This document shows positions 18,493-29,722 of a DNA stretch of 53,415 nt, piece after piece (the first letter of the stretch is position 1; each line of letters opens with the position of its first letter). The DNA is from Macrostomum lignano. Its lineage: Eukaryota. The stretch spans positions 38,309-91,723 of the forward strand of contig NIVC01003551.1 of assembly GCA_002269645.1 (NCBI GenBank), written 5' to 3'. The translations under genes were made by a program, and so were the position numbers. Below the pieces are notes generated by a model. The model made no database searches. It was not told the origin of the DNA and saw only the letters and a list, made by a program, of their open reading frames with translations.

Positions 18493-21162
18493 CAGGGGCG
18501 TAGGGAGGGGGGGATAGGGGGGATGTATCCCCCCCGAAGAGCCTGACCAAAACTTTTTTGTTGCCCTTTGTTGCTATACATGCTACCATGTGACTCTGTC
18601 ATAGCACTTTTACCTTGGTGTATCCCCCCCGTAGGAAATTCACCTTGGTGTACCTCCCCGTAGGAAATTCACCTTGGTGTACCCCCCCCCGTAGGAAATT
18701 CACCTTGGTGTACCCCCCCGTAGGAAATTCACCTTGGTGTACCCCCCCCCGTAGGAAATTCACCTTGGTGTACCCCCCCCCGTAGGAAATTCACCTTGGT
18801 GTACCCCCCCCGTAGGAAATTCACCTTGGTGTACCCCCCCCGTAGGAAATTCACCTTGGTGTACCCCCCCCGTAAGAAAATTCACCTTGGTGTACCCACC
18901 CCCGTAGGAAATTCACCTTGGTGTATCCCCCCGTAGGAAATTCACCTTGGTGTACCCCCCGTAGGAAATTCACCTTGGTGTATCCCCCCCGTAGGAAATT
19001 CACCTTGGTGTACCCCCCGTAGGAAATTCACCTTGGTGTATCCCCCCGTAGGAAATTCACCTTGGTGTACCCCCCTCGTAGGAAATTCACCTTGGTGTAC
19101 CCCCCGTAGGAAATTCACCTTGGTGTACCCCCCTCGTAGAAAATTCACCTTGGTGTACCCCCCGTAGGAAATTCACCTTGGTGTACCCCCCTCGTAGAAA
19201 ATTCACCTTGGTGTACCCCCCGTAGGAAATTCACCTTGGTGTACCCCCCCGTAGGAAATTCACCTTGGTGTATCCCCCCCGTAGGAAATTCACCTTGGTG
19301 TACCCACCTCGTAGGAAATTCACCTTGGTGTACCCCCCCCGTAGGAAATTCACCTTGGTGTATCCCCCCCGTAGGAAATTCACCTTGGTGTATCCCCCCC
19401 GTAGGAAATTCACCTTGGTGTATCCCCCCCCGTAGGAAATTCACCTTGGTGTATCCCCCCCCGTAGGAAATTCACCTTGGTGTACCCCCCCGTAGGAAAT
19501 TCACCTTGGTGTACCCCCCGTAGGAAATTCACCTTGGTGTACCCACCTCGTAGGAAATTCACCTTGGTGTACCCCCCCCGTAGGAAATTCACCTTGGTGT
19601 ACCCCCCCGTAGGAAATTCACCTTGGTGTATCCCCCCGTAGGAAATTCACCTTGGTGTATCCCCCCCGTAGGAAATTCACCTTGGTGTATCCCCCCCGTA
19701 GGAAATTCACCTTGGTGTACCCCCCGTAGGAAATTCACCTTGGTGTACCCCCCGTAGGAAATTCACCTTGGTGTACCCCCCCCCGTAGGAAATTCACCTT
19801 GGTGTACCCCCCGTAGGAAATTCACCTTGGTGTTATCTCCCCCCGTAGGAAATTCACCTTGGTGTTATCTCCCCCCGTAGGAAATTCACCTTGGTGTTAT
19901 CTCCCCCCGTAGGAAATTCACCTTGGTGTTATCTCCCCCCGTAGGAAATTCACCTTGGTGTTATCTCCCCCCGTAGGAAATTCACCTTGGTGTTATCTCC
20001 ACCCGTAGGAAATTCACCTTGGTGTATCCCCCTCGTAGAAAATTCACCTTGGTGTACCCCCCCCGTAGGAAATTCACCTTGGTGTTATCTCCCCCCGTAG
20101 AAAATTCACCTTGGTGTATCCCCCTCGTAGGAAATTCACCTTGGTGTTATCTCCCCCCGTAGGAAATTCACCTTGGTGTTATCTCCCCCCGTAGGAAATT
20201 CACCTTGGTGTATCCCCCCGTAGAAATTCACCTTGGTGTATCCCCCTCGTAGAAATTCACCTTGGTGTTATCCCCCCCGTAGAAATTCACCTTGGTGTAT
20301 CCCCCCGTAGGAAATTCACCTTGGTGTTATCTCCCCCCGTAGGAAATTCACCTTGGTGTTATCTCCCCCCGTAGGAAATTCACCTTGGTGTATCCCCTCG
20401 TAGAAAATTCACCTTGGTGTACCCCCCCGTAGGAAATTCACCTTGGTGTACCCCCCGTAGGAAATTCACCTTGGTGTACCCCCCCGTAGGAAATTCACCT
20501 TGGTGTACCCCCCGTAGGAAATTCACCTTGGTGTTATCTCCCCCCGTAGGAAATTCACCTTGGTGTTATCTCCCCCCGTAGGAAATTCACCTTGGTGTTA
20601 TCTCCCCCCGTAGGAAATTCACCTTGGTGTTATCTCCCCCGTAGGAAATTCACCTTGGTGTTATCTCCCCCCGTAGGAAATTCACCTTGGTGTTATCTCC
20701 CCCCGTAGGAAATTCACCTTGGTGTATCCCCCTCGTAGAAAATTCACCTTGGTGTATCCCCCCGTAGGAAATTCACCTTGGTGTTATCTCCCCCCGTAGA
20801 AAATTCACCTTGGTGTATCCCCCTCGTAGGAAATTCACCTTGGTGTTATCCCCCCCGTAGGAAATTCACCTTGGTGTATCCCCCCGTAGGAAATTCACCT
20901 TGGTGTTATCCCCCCCGTAGGAAATTCACCTTGGTGTATCCCCCCCGTAGAAAATTCACCTTGGTGTATCCCCCCCGTAGGAAATTCACCTTGGTGTTAT
21001 CTCCCCCCGTAGGAAATTCACCTTGGTGTTATCTCCCCCCGTAGGAAATTCACCTTGGTGTTATCTCCCCCCGTAGGAAATTCACCTTGGTGTTATCTCC
21101 CCCCGTAGGAAATTCACCTTGGTGTTATCTCCCCCCGTAGGAAATTCCTGTCTACGCCCCTG
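18493..21162. mobile_element. Non-autonomous hAT-type DNA transposon filled by a minisatellite
   Basis: 11-bp TIRs CAGGGGCGTAG (18493) and CTACGCCCCTG (21152-21162); perfect 8-bp TSD GTCGTGGC at 18485-18492 and 21163-21170. Confidence 0.88.
18609..21146 (+). repeat. Minisatellite, roughly 85 copies of a ~28-32 bp unit
   Basis: Unit C(5-9)GTAGGAAATTCACCTTGGTGTA; variant ...GGTGTTATCT becomes common after ~19830. Confidence 0.98.
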
Positions 21163-22458
21163 GTCGTGGCTACCGCCCTGCTGTCCCTGCTGTTAAGTCG
21201 AAGGGACAGAGAACAGCAGTGTCTGGGCGTTAATCACAAAACATTTGCAGGAAGGCTGTGGGCCTTCGGCGACTTCGTCCCACGACCAGCGCTGACAGCA
21301 ATTCTCACACACGCTCACACAGGTGCACCGAGGCCTGTTCTGGAGCAGCCACTGTGTCGCGGTATTTCTTGTACTTTTACATTTGCAATAGCAGCTAAAT
21401 ATACGCTCAATTTAGACTAGCATATTTATCTTGCTAGTACGTACATTCCCCCAAATTATTGATCGCACCACTTTCACTCTTTACTGGTCGCCCCACCCCA
21501 TATTACGCTCAATCGTGTATATTTTACGCTTTCATTCAGCTTATAAATGTCGACCTAGAGTATCTCGTTCAAATATAACCCCTTTTCGTTTTTATCGCAT
21601 TATCGCAAAATTATGCAATTTTCTCGTGTTTAAAAAACTCAGCATTGGATTTCACAGGCATTAGGAGCGTAGCTACGCGCAATTTCCCAATTGCTTTGGA
21701 TTCTCGAATGGTTTTTTGTTATAGAGAAGATTTATTTTCAAGTGATCTACATTTATCATGATTTTTTTACACAATAGTAGATCGGTTAAAAGAGGTACTA
21801 GCTTTGACTAATGTAAAAATACTTTAAAGGTTAATAGCTAAATATTTTATCATAGTGAGTATTCTGCACGAGTGTAAGAACAAGCAGCTTTGAGATACAG
21901 TGATCAGTTAGGCAATGTGTAGACGAAAGTTAATTTAAAAATAAAAAATGCTGAAATTCAGCAGAAACATGGACGGACGGTGCGAGGGGATGGATAGGCT
22001 TTAATGGCATGAATGCGATTAAAAATCTTATTGTCAAAAAGCCCACCGAATGCTCGGAATGGAGTTGCTGAATAGGCCAGAATGGAAGAACAAATGATGT
22101 GTACATTTAGAAATCAGTTACAGCGATGCAGCTGGCAAGTCCCACAGAGACCGTCGGGAGCCTCACGGACAGTCGTCTGGTAAGATGTAGCCTGCAAGTT
22201 GGAGATGGGGGCGGGTTTTTATCCGTCAGTTGATGAGGTTATCTATGAATAGCTGTCAAGGTTGCCAAGCTATTTTGTATAAGAGGATATGCTACCGGAG
22301 ATAGAAATTAAGCACAATCGTTCCTGTTTCTGTGTATTCTTTTCAAATTTCGAAGTCCAGAAGGTGAGATACATTGTAATTTTAGTGCTAAAAAAACTAA
22401 AAAACTTTCTGATTAATTTTCGGCCTCCAACGAAATTCGAAAAGAAGCCTGTCCTGGC

Positions 22459-23076
22459 CTACGAGTTGACCTCCCTGCATACGCAGTACTCACTTAACGT
22501 CCCGTTTACGAGATCGTTGGCGGCAGTCGCCAGGGCTCTGGCGCAGTCCCAGCACAGGATGTAATCTCGTTTGTAGCGCTGCTCCTGCCTGCTGAAGCTC
22601 TGCTGCAGCCATCTGGACTCTGCGACGGATTCCGCCGATTGCTCCGCTTGGGCGTCCGTCACACCGCCGAGCTGGCGGAGCAGGCAGGCGGTGACATACA
22701 GGCGGCGCTCGATCTTGACCGAATTGCAGGCCAGAGATCGCAGGCCCTCCGCGTTCTCGGCCAGCCGGAAGCTTTGCAGGAACTGCAGCGTCAGCTGCGT
22801 GGCGTTGAGCGCTCGCCGATTTGGCGTGTCAAAGCCCAGCGTCGACTGGTTCAATGAGGGCAGCAGACTGCGCTTCCGGTGGCTGCAGGAGGAGCCGAGC
22901 GGCAGTCGCTGCTCGAGTCGGCCGGCGATGTCCCGCAGGCCCTCCACAGCCTCGATCAGCATGTCAGCCGCCTCGCCCTGCAGGAGAGTCAGGCAGTCGC
23001 CGGGGCTCGCCTGGCCGTTTGAGATGGTAATGGCGACAAGTGCAAGAAGACCTAATAGAGCCTGTGTTGTCAGCAT
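22459..23076 (-). CDS. Secreted, predicted alpha-helical protein (205 aa, intronless)
   Basis: Signal peptide MLTTQALLGLLALVAITISNG, amphipathic Leu-rich segments, several Cys, basic sites HRKR and RYKR. Confidence 0.75.
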   Translation of the reverse strand: MLTTQALLGLLALVAITISNGQASPGDCLTLLQGEAADMLIEAVEGLRDIAGRLEQRLPLGSSCSHRKRSLLPSLNQSTLGFDTPNRRALNATQLTLQFLQSFRLAENAEGLRSLACNSVKIERRLYVTACLLRQLGGVTDAQAEQSAESVAESRWLQQSFSRQEQRYKRDYILCWDCARALATAANDLVNGTLSEYCVCREVNS

Positions 23077-23689
23077 TGCGGCAAGATTAACTTTTGCGTT
23101 GCAGTTTTAATTGGTCTGAGACTCAGCCTGTTTGAATCCGTGCTTAGCCAAGACTTTGCGAAAGTCTCCATTATATAACAGTTGCCTGGACTATCCATTG
23201 GCAATTCCAAGTTTTGTCTACATTGTAGCTATTCTATTTTTATACCAAAGAATCTTCAATTTACTACCTGCCTCATCTGCTATTTTTGCTTCAGTTTCTT
23301 CTCAGAAATCTTTTTTCTTGTTCTGCACAGAGTTTATTTTTGTTGACTCGGGAATTTCCTTAAAATTAGTTACTGGTTTCATAAAATTTCGTCGGCAGTC
23401 AAATTGTCGTAGTCTGTGGTAAAACCCTGTTCGATGCTATGCATTCTACAAATATTAAGTTACTTTTTAGAGAACAGAACTATATAGCTGAGTTTTCCAC
23501 TCTCCATAACGCTTTTTTCCACAATTTAAAAAGTAAACACTGTACATAAAGTCGCTTCCAGGGCCAGGAACCGAGGCCTGCCTGTCAAAATGTTGTTGTC
23601 TCATCCAAAGTTTTTAATTTGAACACCACAGACAGGTGGGAGGACTGCAAAAGCGCGCCTGTGTATATCTTGACAAGCGCGCAGGCTCT

Positions 23690-24222
23690 GGGGGTGTTTC
23701 TCGAAACTCACGTAAGTTCTATGGTAAGTTAGATCGTAAGAAAGAAATTTACGTGTAGCGTAAGTTTGCTCGTAAGACACTTTCTCAAAACTCACTTAGA
23801 CTTTGCGTGGCTTACGCTGTTCGTAGCTCGTAAGTCGTATCTGAAACGAAAAGTTGCATGTCTATGGTCATAAATCTGCAAATATCTTTACTTAGTCTAT
23901 CGTAAGTTGCTTTCGAGAAAGACCCACCTTCGATAAAGTTTAACTTGACTTGGCTTGACTAAAGCTTCACGTACTATGCGATTAGTGCTTAAGTGCGTCT
24001 TACGACTGATACCGAGCAGTCGTAGGGTTAAGATCAACCTTACGAAAGACCATAGACATACGAACGTTTCGAGAAACAGTCTTTTGCGCAAAGTTACGAA
24101 CTCGTAAAGTTGCGATCAATCTTACGCATAGCTAACTTGCGAGCCCTTCGAGCAACCCGTAAGTGTAGCTTACCCAACTTACGTCTATGGTCGATCGTAA
24201 GTTGCTTTCGAGAAAGACCCCC
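23690..24222. mobile_element. Putative MITE with GGGGTGTTTCTCGAAA-type TIRs
   Basis: GGGGTGTTTCTCGAAA at 23691 and TTTCGAGAAAGACCCC at ~24206-24221; internal CGTAAG/CTTACG motifs; an extra right-end copy at ~23900-23928. No clear TSD. Confidence 0.55.
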
Positions 24223-25417
24223 CTGGACTTGAGCACTCGAGCAGTCAACTGACAGCAGCTAAAGTCAACAGTGGCGGCTCATCGTCTGCCAGTATTCGAT
24301 TCCCAGGAGCGACCGATGACGCACCAGAAGCGTCAGGTGTTTGTGGAATAAGCGGTGACAGGCGTCTTCTTTTACAAAACATTGACGTCTCCATTTCATC
24401 AATCTAACACCTGTCATTCAGACGAACAGCTCGCTCGCCATCAGACGCTCGTAATTAATTTTTCATCGCTTTGCATATAAGTAATAATTTTTTGGCTCAT
24501 TTGATGGCGGTTTGAACACGCCTGGAGTGGCTGTGATCTAATGTGAACTCTGGACGGCCTGCTCAAACCAATCCTGTTCTCATTTTTGCCAGACTCTGCC
24601 AAAATTGCGCCATTGTTCAAAATGTCTATGGTAATTTAGTTCAAGGCAATGACCGGTCATTGTTTGGAATTTTTAGAAGTGGTATAATTTTTCAAGTTAA
24701 CGCGTATATTTTAAACTTAACATATAACAATCAGAAGCACACTTTTAGCTATAGTTAATTTGTCGCACAAATGTCTCACAAAATTTAGTTGAACTTGCAT
24801 TGATTAAAGGTGCATCCATTGAAACTGAACTTAGCCACAGGGTTGTCGTGACTATCGTAGTTTCTCACTCGCTAGGAAATTAAGGAAGCGTTCACCGTGA
24901 ATGTACATCTGCTTCCTCGTTTCGGCAGGTAGGCTTTCAATTTCTACTCGATCCATCTCGTTAAATAAAGTTGCTCGCCATCTAGGCACGGCAGTTCATC
25001 GTTAGAACGATCACTTTGAATGTAGTCAAGGAACGCGGCAAAGTCGTCGTCGCGTCGGTCGATGTTTGAAGTCTCGGAAATAAAGTTCAGTTCGAACGAG
25101 TCGACATTGCCTAATTCGTCGATAGGCAGATTGATTGGAAAATGAATGCCTTCCATTCTATCGCGACTCTATGAAATTGATTCTACTCGCCCGATGAACA
25201 CTCTTTAAAACTCCGTCGTCTTGACCATAGACATATCATTCTCTGTGATTTCGTGTGTTCTGCCGCTGTCTGGAACTGAACTAACTGATTTTTCTGACCC
25301 TTGGCTTTTACCATAGACGTGGCAGATATTAAGATGTGGGTGAAATCCACACCCCTATTTCCGTCCCCCACCCACTTTGATTTCTAACCCCTAGCTGACA
25401 ATTTGGACAATGATGTC

Positions 25418-25507
25418 GTCTGGAATTGAGATTTCAGTTAATGGTCAAATTGACAACTCGCGCGCTACGCACGCTCGTCGTTATTAACTGAAATCTCAAT
25501 TCCAGAC
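25418..25507. repeat. Perfect 25-bp inverted repeat (hairpin or mini-MITE)
   Basis: GTCTGGAATTGAGATTTCAGTTAAT (25418-25442) and ATTAACTGAAATCTCAATTCCAGAC (25483-25507). Confidence 0.9.
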
Positions 25508-26859
25508 AACCACCCATTGTACCGATCTCAGATGTACTTGCACAAAATTGGGGGTTGGCTCAGGCCATTTGTAGTCAACCTATGCGTGTGTTTTAAGCAA
25601 AGCGCGGCAGGCCGACCGCTGCGAATGTCTATGGCCAAAGTTGCCATTGATTCAGTGTGCAAAGCCAGCCAGCGCGTTCCTGAGACTGTCTGTGGTAAAA
25701 CCTCACTTGCGCTATGCTAACTGCAGCACCGTACTCTTACGTGATTTCGCTTCCTGGCGAGCAAAGCCACCATTTTATGGCTTTTTTAATAGATAGGGAA
25801 TTATTGAAGACTGGCTAAATAAATGTATTCTACCTAAATACAGATTTTTTAAAGGTTATCTGTTTTATAAAATATTTGTCAACCATTCAGAAGCCAAAGA
25901 CCTGCATCGCAGGCAATACCTAAACGGCCCAAAAACCCTGAGATTCAAAAATGTCTATGGCATCAAAACCCATCTCCATATTCACTAAAGAAAGTGCCCC
26001 GTATGGCTTGTTGTGGTGTGTCAGATTTTAAAAAGTCCATGTGACAAGACTGTTGAGAAACTGTTCAGTCAGGAAGATCAACCCATTCCGCGGTAGCCTC
26101 ATCTTGGCTCTCATTAGCTTCTGAATTCATGCTTTCCGACTCCGAATCCGTCGAGTCATCGCTTGGTAACGCGTCTTCCGAATCGGAATCGAGTCCCACT
26201 CTGAGCAAGGCGTCACTTTCCCTTTCGAGCGCGTAGAATCCAGCAGAAAACTCTGTGGTATAATTTACTTCTGAACCTCTAAGGTGTGCCCCTGATTCAG
26301 CAAAAAGGACAAATTTGTCTATAAATTGCTTGTTTGCTATTCATCAATCATCTCAACAAGATGCCAATTTTCAGATATTTTCACAAGAAGTTCTCATGAG
26401 CAGACGCGCACAGGTTTCCTGGAAATGTCGAAACAGCAATTTAACCTGCTCTTAATAATGACGCCAAGCTTAGCGTATGCACTCACTCTGGAATTACCTA
26501 AAGTGAGTAGCTCGGCAATTCTTGGAAATAATTAGCCTACCATTGCCCTCTCTGGCCCTCTCTTGTTGCATTTTATTGTCATGCCCTCTGCGGCTAACCT
26601 ATGCACGTTCATCGCTGCTGAGAGAAACACAATTGCTCACTGTCGTCCTGCACCTGTGATGAAACAAACTATTAAGCATTTCCAACCCCACTGCAGACTG
26701 TACGCTCGGCCTGATGCGCGGTTTTTCATTTGAAAATACGAATGCTTCGCATTGTGGTAGGCTTTGTTGTGTATATTACGTGCATGAGGCGCTCATGAGG
26801 TGAAGAAGTCATTTTTGTCAGGGTAAGAAACTTATGCAGTGTAGCATAAGTAAGTAAGG

Positions 26860-27180
26860 AGACGTCAGACTGAAGAGATGTGAGGTTGAAGAGACGAGAG
26901 ATTGAAGAGATGAGATTGATAAGACGTGAGATTGAAGAGATGTTAGATTGATAAGACTTGAGATTGACGAGATGTGAGATTGATTAGACGTGGATTGAAA
27001 AGATGTGAGATTGAAGAGATGTAAGATTGACAAGCTGTGATATAAAAGAGAAAAGAGACTGACAAGATGTGAGATAAAAGAGATGTGAGATTGACAAGAT
27101 GAGAGATCGAAGAGATGTGAGACTTACAATGTGTGAGGTTGAAGAGACGTAAGATTGAGGAGATGTGAGATTGGCGAGAT
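26860..27180 (+). repeat. Degenerate purine-rich tandem repeat (GAGATGTGAGATTGA-like)
   Basis: Visible imperfect ~16-17 bp periodicity. Confidence 0.8.
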
Positions 27181-28183
27181 TTGAAACTGTATTTGCTTTT
27201 TCATTTGATGAAAAAAACTTTTTCATTTCAATGAAGAAATTGAAATTTGATGAAATTGATGAAAAATAATTTTTTAAGTGTTATAAGATAGTAAGGGAAA
27301 ATTGATGTAAAGATTGTGTTTTACAAATATGAAGATATTGTGATATTTTAAGATACTCGTAAAAACTTGAGCTTAGGCAAGTAAACTAGTCTTATGTTTT
27401 TATCCATTTAGACTTTTTCAAGTTACAATATTCTAGTGTTTTTGAACAGAATATATTATTTACTATCTGCTTAGAATCAAAGTACAGAATGTTTTGTATG
27501 TTCATGTACTTAACTACAGCTGTCGGTAAAGTTTACTTTAGTTTATATTATGTTATTAAGCTTTTATTTATGTTAAATTGTTAAATTATATATTAAAGTT
27601 GGTAATTAATAACTATCCTCAATACCTTTTATTTTATATTTGATTATTATAAAAAAATCTAGAGACAATAGTTCCAGTTCTAATCGTTACAGAATTTTAA
27701 TTTTTGTTTTTAGACTGCAGGGAAAGTTTTCATTCACGATTCCAAAACAGGATATCCGAGAAAAAACATTATACTCAAAAAAGTTCTAAAATTGTATTTC
27801 GATTAAAAGTGAAATTATTCAGTGTTTTAAGCAAAGTTAAAGTAACATTTAATTTTATAAAATAACGAATCTTTTGGTATATTTAGCCAGATGTTCTGGT
27901 TACTGGAGAACCATAATTGACAAGTATGAAAAACCCTGCGCTGGTGACATTAGATACCAGCGCGTTTTCATTTTCGTGCATTTTAAAAATTAATAAAATG
28001 AAAGAGACAATTTTTAAAATACTGTTGTTCACGTATTTTGGCACTCTGCATCGTCCACGATAATCCCAAATGCGTTGTTAGTAGAAATTTGTTTTACTTT
28101 GTTGCACGTAAAAGCGTATTTAAGTTGGAATTGGCGATTCTTCGATTCAGAGCTCCATTTTTTAGTATTTTCGCTGAAGCAAA

Positions 28184-29722
28184 ATGGCGCTTCCTCCTCA
28201 GTACTCTGAGGGATTCGGTGGAGGCTGTTCCGGCCAGGCCAATGCCGGTCATATTCAGGTGCACACAAGAGAAGATTCAAGCAACAGCCTTGAAGAGATG
28301 TTCAGGGTTGTCACTGATCCCTCTTGCTCCTTTTCGTCAGCCAAGCCACTGAAAGACAGGAAGCTGCCCCGATCCTTTTTCGACCCGAGTCCCCAGTCTG
28401 TACTGCAGCCAAACATGTCCCCCCCGGTGGGGGAATTCCACTTTCGCAGCGCGTCTGGTGTGTCCTCTATGCAGCGAAGCCCCCTCTTGACGGCCACCCA
28501 TGGTGCCGCAAATGCCTCAGTAGCCGCGGAGAGCGGCCCAGATGCTGCAGGCGCGAGTCCCGGCCTACGGCTCGACACGGCCCCGGCGTCAGTCGGTGTC
28601 GTTGGCGGAGGAGCCGCCGCTTCGGTGTCGCACACGCGAGCTCACTCGTCGCCAGCTAAAATCTCCAACCAGGCAGCGGCGGCGGCGGCGGCGGCAGCCG
28701 CAGCAGCTGCAGCGGTGCAGCAGCACAGGCAGGAGCACTTAGGTGGTCCGGGTCAGCAAGCCTTCTACCAGCAGAGTCGCCAGACCAACCAGACAGATGC
28801 TGCCATGCAGGAGGCGTGAGTTTTGCTTCAATTATATACTCTCTCTGCTTCCATCCTCTTTGCTTCATCTTCGAGAAACTGTTTCAGCTATGCCGACTCG
28901 CCGTCCACCTGTCCGCCCGAGTTCGAGATCTGTCCGCTGCCCGCCGGCTGGGAGATGGCCTTCAACGACGAGAACAAGATCTACTTCGTCGATCACAACA
29001 GCAAATCGACTAGCTGGTACGATCCGCGCATTCCGCGGCAGTTGCAGTCGGGCTGGGGCCAATCACCCAGCGAGGTCTGCCGCCTGCACATTGACTACTT
29101 GGGCCGGTGCAACGCGTACCGTAAGTTGAGCAGCTTGACCGCCCAGAAGGAGTTGCTGCGGTGGAAACTCGAGATGGCGACTAGAAATGTGAGCAATCGG
29201 CTTACCGTTCTTTGACTTGATGACATTTTTCCACGCAACTTTGATTTTTTTTCAAAATAAATTTTTCAGGAGCAGCTGATGCGCCAGGAGATGTACAATC
29301 ACCACAGCGGCGGAGGCGGCGTCACGGATCCCACGCTGCAGTGCGTTTTCAGCGTCGACCACCGCAGGCAGGAGTCCTCCGACTCCGGACTGGCCCCGGA
29401 GACCGTGGCCACGCCGCCGCTGCTGGAGATCGGTAAGCCGCACTCGACAGTCAACATAAAAGTGAAATCCGTGAAATCCACAAGCTACGCAGAATACAGT
29501 ACATGTTTATCTCTTTAATTCTTCAATTTAATCTGCAGTACTGAATTGAGATACAATATTTACGAACGCTTTGCAGACAGCGGCGCGTGCCAGATGGACA
29601 CTGACGCCTCTGACACCAGCGTGGACGGCCTCTTGTCCAGCCTGAAGGAAGCCGATCTTCTTCTGGCTGCCGACATTGATTTGCCGTCATTTCGAAACGA
29701 CTTTCAGGGCTCAATCAATTGA
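28184..29722 (+). CDS. yki: Yorkie/YAP/TAZ-family transcriptional co-activator; exons 28184-28815, 28888-29188, 29270-29432, 29577-29722
   Basis: TEAD-binding QVHTREDS...LEEMF...RKLPRSFF; LATS motifs HFRSAS, HTRAHSSPA, HRRQES followed by SDSGL degron; WW domain PLPAGWEMAF...YFVDHNSKSTSWYDPR; all three GT-AG introns are phase-consistent. Confidence 0.93.

Noticed and set aside
18942-21044. Repetitive ORFs (MNFLRGG..., WCIPP...)
   Set aside because: Translations of the minisatellite.
29121-29126. GTAAGT as the yorkie exon 2 donor
   Set aside because: Phase-incompatible with the 29270 acceptor and would delete the coiled coil; the 29189 donor fits.
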